From positions 1-50,689 of the IMG/VR virus record IMGVR_UViG_3300017766_002899: a DNA stretch of 50,689 bases; one strand, written 5' to 3'. The position numbers were made by a program, and so were the translations under genes. Under the pieces are notes generated by a model. That model did not search any database. It was not told the DNA's origin and saw nothing but the letters and a program-made list of their open reading frames with translations. Source of the stretch: a virus (Duplodnaviria; Caudoviricetes). Shown here one piece after another: positions 36,515 to 44,407 of the stretch (position 1 is its first letter; each line of letters begins with the position of its first letter).

Positions 36515-36777
36515 AGAACTATCGCACCTTGGACGCAATCGTGGTGGTCGCCTGTCTCATCATGTTGGGCGGCGTGCTTACCGCCCTCGTCTACCTGGAT
36601 ATTCCGCAACCCAACCTCCCCATTCTGTCCGGCTTGGTCGGCGCGACGCTGGGGTCCATCCTTGGCCTCTACGCCGGCGCCCGGTGGGGGAACAAAAAGA
36701 CGGACGAGCCCCACGCGCCCGGGGACGTTTCGGTAAGCCTCCAGGCGACCGCAGCGGGCCCCGATCCGGAGGGTTGA
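36511..36777 (+). CDS. Holin-like protein (2 TM)
   Basis: 88 aa, two TM segments and a charged C-terminus. Confidence 0.6.
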   Translation: MKNYRTLDAIVVVACLIMLGGVLTALVYLDIPQPNLPILSGLVGATLGSILGLYAGARWGNKKTDEPHAPGDVSVSLQATAAGPDPEG

Positions 36778-36828
36778 CGGCGGGGTCAGGCGCGGGCCAC
36801 CCTAACGGCCTCAACTGGAGCTTGACCC

Positions 36829-37062
36829 ATGCGCCTTGCCCTTGCCCTTGCCGCCGTCGCGGCCCTCGCCCTTGGTGGGTGCGCCACCAATGACAAAATG
36901 GCCGTCCTGTCCAACCTCCAGGGGTGCGAACGCCACTATAACGGCGCGGTCTCCGCCGGGGTAATGAACGCCGGCTTTACGGGGACGGTGCAAATCGACT
37001 GTCCCGCCCACAAGCCGCCGCCGCTTCCCGCGGGCCAAGAGGTCGGCGCCCCGCCGCTCTAG
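36829..37062 (+). CDS. Small lipoprotein
   Basis: Signal peptide with lipobox LGGC, two further Cys and a Pro-rich end; GGAG RBS. Confidence 0.7.
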   Translation: MRLALALAAVAALALGGCATNDKMAVLSNLQGCERHYNGAVSAGVMNAGFTGTVQIDCPAHKPPPLPAGQEVGAPPL

Positions 37063-37065
37063 CCA

Positions 37066-37542
37066 ATGTCGCGGTTCACGGACACGCGGGGCGTAGTTCT
37101 CCGCCAACTCGTCTACACCTCCGGCCACCCGATCCTCCGCGCCGACCGATCCCAATGGGTTCCGCAAGAGCCTATCCGCTGGGAAGTCGGCGCGGAGGGT
37201 TCGGGCGTCTTTGTTGAATGCCCCGTATGGAATTTTTCGGGGTGTTCGGACTGGGAACGTGAGAACTGGCGGAAGCTCCCCGGGGCGTTCGCGTCGGACC
37301 TAGGTTCGATCCCGCCGGGCGTGCGCGGGCTCCCCGCCCTGTCCCCCGACGGTCCAGGCGTCCCGGCGTTCCTCATCCACGACCTACTTTACACGACCCA
37401 CGGCTTGGGCGGCGTCTACACGCGCAAGGCCGCGGACCTGATATTGCGGGACGCGCTGGAGGCCCTTGGCGTGGGCTCCGTGCAACGCAATATCATTTAC
37501 GCCGGGGTCCGGCTTGGCGGCGGGTTTGGCTGGGGCCGGTAA
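37066..37542 (+). CDS. DUF1353-like protein
   Basis: F.SDLGSIP, IHDLLY, R..AD.I and Y.GVR.GG motifs. Confidence 0.75.
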   Translation: MSRFTDTRGVVLRQLVYTSGHPILRADRSQWVPQEPIRWEVGAEGSGVFVECPVWNFSGCSDWERENWRKLPGAFASDLGSIPPGVRGLPALSPDGPGVPAFLIHDLLYTTHGLGGVYTRKAADLILRDALEALGVGSVQRNIIYAGVRLGGGFGWGR

Positions 37543-39216
37543 ATGGCGGACGGTAGCGTTTTCATTCCGCCCGACCGCGGCGGGGCATTCAACTACATAA
37601 CGCCCGATTACACCGCCGTTTATAACGAGCGGATGCGGCGCCTTGAATGGCTCCGGGAAGACCCGGCCCGCCTGGAGACGTTGCGCGCCTACTACCGCGC
37701 GGAGGATGACCCGTCGCAACTGGGCGACCGGATCGCGGACTTTATCAACGATTGGGGAATTACGTTCGATCCGCGTAACGCGGACCTGGACCAACCCACC
37801 ATGATCCCGTTTGTATTGTTCGAACGGCAACGGGAGTGGATTAGGTATATCGTCCGCAAGTGGAAAGCGCGGGAACCTGGGATCACCGAAAAGTCCCGGG
37901 ATATGGGAATTTCTTGGCTGGCGGTCGCCTTGGGGTGTTCCCTCTGCGTATTCTTTGACGGCCTGAATATCGGTTACGGCTCGCGCCTAGTCGAGTACGT
38001 GGACAAGATCGGGTTTCCAAAGGCGCTCTTTTACAAAGCCCGCGCGTTTATGCGCTACCTCCCCGCGGAGTTCCGGGCCGGCTTTGACGAGAAACGCGAC
38101 GCCCCGCATATGCTCCTGAAATTCCCGGCCACGGGCTCCACGATGGCCGGCGAGGGCGGCGATAACATTGGCCGTGGTGATCGCGCATCCATCTATTTTG
38201 TGGACGAGGCGGCCCACCTAGAGCGCCCAATGTTGGTAGAGGCGGCGCTTTCCCAGACCACGAATTGCCAACAAGATATGTCCAGCGTTAAGGGCATGGA
38301 CAACCCGTTCGCCCAGAAGCGCCACGCCGGTAAAATTGAGGTCTTTACGTTTCACTGGCGGCAAGACCCTCGCAAAGACGATGCGTGGTACGCCAAGCAA
38401 TGCGACGAACTGGACGCCGTGGTGGTCGCCCAAGAAATCGACATCAATTACACCGCCTCCGCTACCGGTATCTTGATACCGTCCGAGTGGGTCCAGGCCG
38501 CGGTAAATGCCCACGAAAAGCTGGGCTTCGCGCCCACGGGCCGGCGCTTCGGGGCGCTGGACGTTGCGGACGAGGGCGTGGACCTCAACGCGTTCGCCCG
38601 GCGCTACGGCGTTCTCCTGGAGGACGTCACCGCCTGGAGCGGCAAGGGCGCGGACATTTTCAACACCGTAGAGCGCGCATTCATGGAGTGCGACGAAAAC
38701 GGCCTGGAGGAATGGTATTACGACGCCGACGGCCTGGGCGCGGGGGTGCGCGGGGACGCGCGGGTAATCAACGCCACCCGGGAAGAAAACGGCGTGTGGG
38801 TTTGCCGCGTGGAACCCTTCCGCGGATCGGGCCCGGTGTTCCAACCGGAAAAGCAAATTCCCACCGCGCTCGCCGGGGGCCGGGACAAAAAAGAGCGGCT
38901 CAACAAAGACTTTTTCCAGAACGCCAAGGCGCAAGCGTGGTGGTCCCTTCGCGTCCGCTTCCAACGCACGTTCCGGGCGGTCAAGGCCGGCGCGCTGGGC
39001 GATTACGAGCCCGACGACTTGATAAGCCTGGACGGCGGAATGACAGAGCTAGGCAAGCTTTGCCTGGAGCTATCGCAACCGACTTTCAGCCTCAACACCG
39101 CGGGAAAGGTGGTGGTCGATAAGGCGCCGGAGGGGACGCGGAGCCCGAACCATGCGGACGCCGTTATGATCGCCTACGCGCCGCGCAAGGGGAACTGGCT
39201 GAACTACCTTGGTTGA
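37543..39216 (+). CDS. Terminase large subunit
   Basis: Walker A KSRDMG.S, Walker B YFVDEAA, and RNase H-like LDVADEG.D, DADGLG and N.ADA. Confidence 0.93.
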   Translation: MADGSVFIPPDRGGAFNYITPDYTAVYNERMRRLEWLREDPARLETLRAYYRAEDDPSQLGDRIADFINDWGITFDPRNADLDQPTMIPFVLFERQREWIRYIVRKWKAREPGITEKSRDMGISWLAVALGCSLCVFFDGLNIGYGSRLVEYVDKIGFPKALFYKARAFMRYLPAEFRAGFDEKRDAPHMLLKFPATGSTMAGEGGDNIGRGDRASIYFVDEAAHLERPMLVEAALSQTTNCQQDMSSVKGMDNPFAQKRHAGKIEVFTFHWRQDPRKDDAWYAKQCDELDAVVVAQEIDINYTASATGILIPSEWVQAAVNAHEKLGFAPTGRRFGALDVADEGVDLNAFARRYGVLLEDVTAWSGKGADIFNTVERAFMECDENGLEEWYYDADGLGAGVRGDARVINATREENGVWVCRVEPFRGSGPVFQPEKQIPTALAGGRDKKERLNKDFFQNAKAQAWWSLRVRFQRTFRAVKAGALGDYEPDDLISLDGGMTELGKLCLELSQPTFSLNTAGKVVVDKAPEGTRSPNHADAVMIAYAPRKGNWLNYLG

Positions 39217-39241
39217 CGGCCCCGTCAAACTCTCCTAATGA
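39213..39241 (+). promoter_or_regulatory. Promoter/operator copy
   Basis: TTGACG-GCCC-CGTCAA; 17-nt spacer to TAATGA. Confidence 0.7.
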
Positions 39242-39270
39242 GGTTTCCGGAACTTAACGGAGACCCCGCC

Positions 39271-39369
39271 ATGACCTTTCTGGAAGCCCTCCGCCGCGCC
39301 TGGGCGTGGTACTGGAACGCGGTGGTTACGCCGCTCACCGACGAGGAACGGGACGATTTCGGCCTGTAG
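39271..39369 (+). CDS. 32-aa peptide with its own promoter
   Basis: GGAGA RBS; MTFLEALRRAWAWYWNAVVTPLTDEERDDFGL. Confidence 0.55.
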   Translation: MTFLEALRRAWAWYWNAVVTPLTDEERDDFGL

Positions 39370-39428
39370 ACCTTGAGGCGCGGGGGCGCTACTTTCCGCG
39401 GGAGCCATCCTTGGAAGGACCCGCCCCC

Positions 39429-40220
39429 GTGAAATCGACCCGCCTTTTCCTTGTGGCGCTCGCCGCGCTGGCCTTCGCGCCCGGCGCGGCGTTCGCACAA
39501 ACCCAGCCGATCCCCGGCGCCAAGACGGCCAGCGGCCAGCCGGCCCCCGTAACGGGCTCCGCCATCATCGTCGCCCCGGCGGGCGGCGGCGCGGGCCTGG
39601 GGACCGTCGTGGCGCGGGACTTCCCGTTGCCGATCACCTGTCCGGACGGGACGTGTTCGGGGGGCGGCGGCGGGAGCCTTAGCGCCCAAGTCACGCTGGC
39701 CGCGCCGACCTATACCGACGGGTCCAACCCACTAAGCCTGACCCGCAAGGGCGGGCTTCGCGCCACGCTCCAGACGAGCCTTGGCGCTGATATCGACTTT
39801 TCGACGCCGGTGGACTTGGTCGGGGCGGATGGCTCAACCAAGGTCACCACGACCAACCCACTCCCCCAGGCCCCCACGCCGACCGCCACGGCGGCGCTGG
39901 GCATTGCCCCGGTCAGTACGTCCGCGGCGGCGGCCTGTCTCGTCCTCAAGGCCAGCGCCGGCAACTTCTATTCCGCCAGCGGCTATGTGGACGCCGCGAG
40001 TTTCATCATGATTTTCGACGCCGCGTCGGCGCCGGCGGACGGAGCCGTGACCCCCAAGGCGTGGGCGTATGTCCCGGCGCTGGGAACGTGGTCCGTCATC
40101 ATGCCCGGCGGCATTCCGGCGGCCATGGCGACCGGGGCGACCGTGTGTCGGTCCTCGTCCGGCCCCTACTCCAAAACGGGCGTGTCCTCAAATACGGCCA
40201 TCACGGGGTTTGCTAAATGA
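39429..40220 (+). CDS. Signal-peptide-bearing spike/decoration-like protein
   Basis: GTG at 39429 with AAGGA RBS; MKSTRLFLVALAALAFAPGAAFA-Q; beta-rich C-terminal domain. Confidence 0.7.
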   Translation: MKSTRLFLVALAALAFAPGAAFAQTQPIPGAKTASGQPAPVTGSAIIVAPAGGGAGLGTVVARDFPLPITCPDGTCSGGGGGSLSAQVTLAAPTYTDGSNPLSLTRKGGLRATLQTSLGADIDFSTPVDLVGADGSTKVTTTNPLPQAPTPTATAALGIAPVSTSAAAACLVLKASAGNFYSASGYVDAASFIMIFDAASAPADGAVTPKAWAYVPALGTWSVIMPGGIPAAMATGATVCRSSSGPYSKTGVSSNTAITGFAK

Positions 40221-41032
40221 GCCGCTTTCTCGCCCTCTTTGCCGCGGCGCTTTTCGCGCTCGCGCCGGTCCTCGCGACCGCCCAGGATATCCGCGTTCCC
40301 GTCGCCTCTGGCGGTGGCGGCTCATTCGATCCGGCCATTCCGGGGCCCATCGGCGGGACCACGCCCGCGGCGGGGACGTTTACGACCCTTGTGGGCAACA
40401 CGTCCATTTCGTCGCCCGGCAACATCACCACGACGTCCACGGGTTCGATCACGTCCAACACTTCCATAACAGCGACCACGGATATCAACCTGGGGACGCT
40501 CAATAAGATCGCGTGGGCGACCCGAACCCGAATTGGCGCCCCGGGCGTTAATGGCGCGTTTTCCATCGAAAACAGTACGGGGAGCGTTGGCTTTACTATA
40601 GGGATCGGCGCGGTAACCGGAATTATGAACCTGGGCGGCGTCAACGCCGCCGCGCCCGGCGCAACTATCCTCGCCCAAGCCGGTTGCCGGGCGGGAACGG
40701 ACAGCAATTGCGCCGCGCCGGACCTCACCATCCAGAACGGCGTAACGACGGGGACGGCGACCGCGCCGGGCATCGTGTTCAAGACCCAGGCCGCCGCGGT
40801 CGGGTCGGGCTCCACCGCGCAAACCTTGGTGACTAGCTTCACCATCAAAGGCGGCGTTCCTGTCCGCCCGGCCTATGCGGCGGCCTCTTTGCCGGCGTGC
40901 GGCGCGGCCACTACGGGCGGCATGGCCTGGGTCACCGACGCGAACGCTACCACCTTCCTTTCCACGGTCGCGGGCGGTGGGGCCAACAAGGTCCCGGTTT
41001 CGTGCGACGGGACTAACTGGGTAATCGGGTAA
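40217..41032 (+). CDS. Signal-peptide-bearing fibre-like protein
   Basis: MSRFLALFAAALFALAPVLATA-Q; IGGTTPAAGTFT repeat-like segment; C-terminal fibre-type knob LP....G..AWVTD...DGTNW. Confidence 0.7.
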   Translation: MSRFLALFAAALFALAPVLATAQDIRVPVASGGGGSFDPAIPGPIGGTTPAAGTFTTLVGNTSISSPGNITTTSTGSITSNTSITATTDINLGTLNKIAWATRTRIGAPGVNGAFSIENSTGSVGFTIGIGAVTGIMNLGGVNAAAPGATILAQAGCRAGTDSNCAAPDLTIQNGVTTGTATAPGIVFKTQAAAVGSGSTAQTLVTSFTIKGGVPVRPAYAAASLPACGAATTGGMAWVTDANATTFLSTVAGGGANKVPVSCDGTNWVIG

Positions 41033-41035
41033 GCC

Positions 41036-43573
41036 ATGCTCAAAATCTCCTGGCCGATCTTCCGCGGCGTGACCGCGAAGGCGAATGCGCGCGTCTCGGA
41101 GGGGGCTCCGGAGGCTTTCACCAAAGCCGCCCAGGCGGTGCAAGTGGAGGTTCCCCAGCCCGTCGGGCTCCTGGAGCGAGCCCAGCGCACCGTGGCCGCC
41201 CTCGCGGAGAAAGCTCCGCGCAAGGCGAAACCCAAGGTCACGGAAAAAGAGTGGCGCGACCGTCGCGGGTCTCTCGCCCCCATGGCCCGCCGGGCGTTCC
41301 TCGCCGGCGCCGTCGGGCTCACCGTTACGGCCATGGCCCAAGACCAAGCCGGGGCCGCCAGCGCCGGACGCCTCCGCTTCGCACGGCCCATGGCCGCGCC
41401 GCCGTCGGGGCTCTTGTTCCCCTCTGCGTCCTGGGATGGGACCGCCGGAAGTGGGTTCTCGCCCGCCCAGTTGGTGGCGCTAGAAGACCCGATCCGGACC
41501 GGCCCTAAGATGATCCTCCGCCCGCTCCAGCCTCCGGAAGTGGCGTTTACAGAGGACCACACCCTGGTTGCGTCGGCGGCCAGTTTCGACGGCGTGGATA
41601 CGGTCGAAATTTGGTGCGAAGGAAACTACGTCGCCCAAGCCAACCGCGGCTGGTTTGATGACGTCGCCCCCGACGGTTCCACTTTCCAGCGGTACGGCTT
41701 CGGGGCCACGCTGGACCATTCCGTAATTCAAGCTTTTGGATTTGCGGAAGGGGCAATGCATATCTATTTCAAAGCCCCCACCCCCGCGGGAAGCACGATC
41801 CAACCCCGGGTCATGGGCCCGTATCTCTACTATGCCCGCAACCCCGGCGTCGGCGCTGGGTGCGAGTATGACTTTTCGGTTTTCGTGAAGCCGGGCGCGA
41901 CGACGCAGCCGGGCATTCGTTACCCCACCATCGTCTCCGCGCTCCTGTATTGCTCGCAACAAAGTAAGTTGCGGCCCCGTCTCGTCCTGGAGGACACGGC
42001 CCGCTATACGACCGCCGGTAATATCGCGGCGGCGGCGCATACGGGGAGTATGTGGTGGACGCTGGAGCCCGCCGCGGGCGTCACGGCGACGCTAGGGAAC
42101 TGGGATATTAACGACACGGTCGGAACGTCCTGGTATTGCGACAACCTCCATTTTAAGGGCGACATAGTTTTGGAGCTTGCGGCCATGGCTCCCCGTATGG
42201 GGTCCATGTATCGCGGTTGGAGCGGCGGCCAAAATAAGCTTTGGATAGACGGTTGCGAGGTTACCGGCGGGTCTTACGTCGGGTCCGGGTACGCGGGCGG
42301 CCTCGGATCGGGACAAGACATTTCCTATTACGGAGCGGTCCAAGCGAGCTATTTCTTCAATCGCAATAATACCAACCCGTTCAATTTCTATTTTACGCAT
42401 ATGTATATGCACGATCTACCCGGGTACATGATTGATAGTTCTCTATTGATCCTCAATTGTGACGTTGCCCGATGCTCCGGAACGGCCATCGAAAACAATT
42501 TTGGGGCAATCCACGGGTTGCGGGTTTCTGAGGTCGGCGGCATCCAGTCCGGGGCCCGGAGTTTTGTTGAGGTCTTCCGGCTTTCCTACACCGGCCCCGC
42601 GGCCTTGGCGCAATTCAACAAGTCTACCGCAAACGGTCGGGCCACATATTCCGGTTCCCCCACCGTCTACCCGCTAACTTTCTGGGAAGATAACGTAAAG
42701 GTCGGGGAAATTTACACGGTCCCGCCGGGTTCCTCCGGCTATACGACCATGCAAATTCTCGTAAACTACATCAATAGCTTGCCCGGCTGGACGGCTACGG
42801 CCACCGGGGGCGCACGGGATATGGCGTGGGGCGCGGAATATATTTCCGTTGCCGATATGGTGCCATCCGCGGGTGTTGGTATCCCCGGGGAAAGCGGCCA
42901 GCCATTCAGCAAACGCACGATCACGAGCACGCCGCTAAGCATGTGTCGAATTGCCGACGTCCACGCCAACGGTTTGACCTGGGATGGGGCGTTGCTCGCG
43001 CAAAACGTGACCGTCGAATTTGTCGAAGGGTTCAACATCACGTCCGCCGCCCACATGGGCGCGAGTACGGTAAAAGACTTCTGCGCGCGGTGGTGTACTT
43101 TCCAAGACACGTCCGCCGCGTACCAAATCGCCCACCCGACACACAACCCCGTCGTGGGGGCGCAAGCGAGCATTTACGGGGGGACGAGCAATCACTTCCT
43201 CGTCTCTGCGGTCACTTACGAGGGCCCAGGCCAGCAAGTGTTGACGCAATCCGCGACGGTCATGGATGCGAAATCCCGCATTGCGCGCTCCATTTTCGAA
43301 GTTCTGTCCATCAATAACGTCGCCAACCGCCCGGGGCTTAACGGTGTGGTGCTGCGGACCGGGGCGCTTCCCTCCGGCGCCGACGCCCTGTCAAAAACGC
43401 TCGCCGGCGCCTATACGGAGACGTTCCTTTTTGCGGACCCGTTCGGCGCGATCCCGTCATATGACCCCGTCGCCACCCAACTCCAGTTGAGTGACGGGAC
43501 GTGGGCCGGCGCTCGCCTCCCGGCGGTCCTCCACTCGCCCGCCAACAATGGGTGGAACTTGGCCGCCGCGTAA
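41036..43573 (+). CDS. Large tailspike/depolymerase-like protein with twin-arginine-like segment
   Basis: 845 aa; YPTI.SAL cap followed by a Gly/Asn/aromatic-rich beta-helix-like region; RRAFLAG plus hydrophobic stretch near residue 85. Confidence 0.6.
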   Translation: MLKISWPIFRGVTAKANARVSEGAPEAFTKAAQAVQVEVPQPVGLLERAQRTVAALAEKAPRKAKPKVTEKEWRDRRGSLAPMARRAFLAGAVGLTVTAMAQDQAGAASAGRLRFARPMAAPPSGLLFPSASWDGTAGSGFSPAQLVALEDPIRTGPKMILRPLQPPEVAFTEDHTLVASAASFDGVDTVEIWCEGNYVAQANRGWFDDVAPDGSTFQRYGFGATLDHSVIQAFGFAEGAMHIYFKAPTPAGSTIQPRVMGPYLYYARNPGVGAGCEYDFSVFVKPGATTQPGIRYPTIVSALLYCSQQSKLRPRLVLEDTARYTTAGNIAAAAHTGSMWWTLEPAAGVTATLGNWDINDTVGTSWYCDNLHFKGDIVLELAAMAPRMGSMYRGWSGGQNKLWIDGCEVTGGSYVGSGYAGGLGSGQDISYYGAVQASYFFNRNNTNPFNFYFTHMYMHDLPGYMIDSSLLILNCDVARCSGTAIENNFGAIHGLRVSEVGGIQSGARSFVEVFRLSYTGPAALAQFNKSTANGRATYSGSPTVYPLTFWEDNVKVGEIYTVPPGSSGYTTMQILVNYINSLPGWTATATGGARDMAWGAEYISVADMVPSAGVGIPGESGQPFSKRTITSTPLSMCRIADVHANGLTWDGALLAQNVTVEFVEGFNITSAAHMGASTVKDFCARWCTFQDTSAAYQIAHPTHNPVVGAQASIYGGTSNHFLVSAVTYEGPGQQVLTQSATVMDAKSRIARSIFEVLSINNVANRPGLNGVVLRTGALPSGADALSKTLAGAYTETFLFADPFGAIPSYDPVATQLQLSDGTWAGARLPAVLHSPANNGWNLAAA

Positions 43574-43574
43574 C

Positions 43575-43590
43575 TTGACGGGGGCGTCAA
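43575..43590 (+). promoter_or_regulatory. Promoter/operator copy
   Basis: TTGACG-GGGG-CGTCAA. Confidence 0.65.
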
Positions 43591-43629
43591 ACTAGCGCAT
43601 GGGTGGGGCCGTAATTTGGAGCCCCACCC

Positions 43630-44364
43630 ATGACCGCCCTTTTCATCACCGCCGGCCAGTCAAACGCGCTGGGTTACGGGCTCACCGCCGCGGACGTTCC
43701 GGCCCACCTCGTTCTCCCCAACCCCAGCGCCTACATTTTCGACGGGACGAACTGGGGCCAACTCCGCCCAGGCGTGAACACCGGGACGCCGGCCAACCCG
43801 CAAGCGTGGGGCCCGGAGGCCGAATTGGCTTACCGCTACGGCCTGGACCACCCGGGCGAAGTCCTCTTGATCGTCAAGAGCGCCAAGGGGTCCACGGGTC
43901 TCGCCGCCGACGGGGACCGGCTGGATTGGTCGCCGGACAGCGCGGGGGAGCTTTTCGACTTCACCGACGCCCGGATTGACGCGGCGCGGGCGGCATTCAC
44001 CGCGGCGACCGGGGAGGCCGCGCCCGGCGTGTCGGCGGCCTTCTGGATGCAAGGCGAGCAAGACGCGACCAACGCGGCGGACGCCGGCGCCTACGCCACC
44101 AACCTCGCGCACTTCCTTGAGGCGGTCCGGCTGGAGTGGATGGACAACCCCGCCGGCTACATCGGTCTTGGCCGGATCGGGGACAGCCCCGGGCTTGCCT
44201 ACGCCGCGGAGGTCCGGGTGGCGCAATGGTCGGTGGACCAAGCGGACGCCAGCGCGGAAAGCTTCAAAACGATAGGTTACGGGCTCCAGTCGGACGGCCT
44301 CCACTATGACGCCGCCGGCCAAACGTCGCTGGGCGGGGCGTTCTATGACGCGTGGGCATTCTAG
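43630..44364 (+). CDS. Carbohydrate acetylesterase (SASA/CE6-type SGNH)
   Basis: AGQSNA, GPE, K.A.G.T, WMQGE.D and DGLHY motifs. Confidence 0.85.
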   Translation: MTALFITAGQSNALGYGLTAADVPAHLVLPNPSAYIFDGTNWGQLRPGVNTGTPANPQAWGPEAELAYRYGLDHPGEVLLIVKSAKGSTGLAADGDRLDWSPDSAGELFDFTDARIDAARAAFTAATGEAAPGVSAAFWMQGEQDATNAADAGAYATNLAHFLEAVRLEWMDNPAGYIGLGRIGDSPGLAYAAEVRVAQWSVDQADASAESFKTIGYGLQSDGLHYDAAGQTSLGGAFYDAWAF

Positions 44365-44407
44365 CCGCCCTTGACCGCCCCCGGCCCGGGCGGGCATTGT
44401 CCCCCGC

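Noticed and set aside
37295-37320. GGTTCGATCCC, a T-loop-like sequence suggesting a tRNA
   Set aside because: It lies inside the DUF1353 coding motif and I see no cloverleaf around it.
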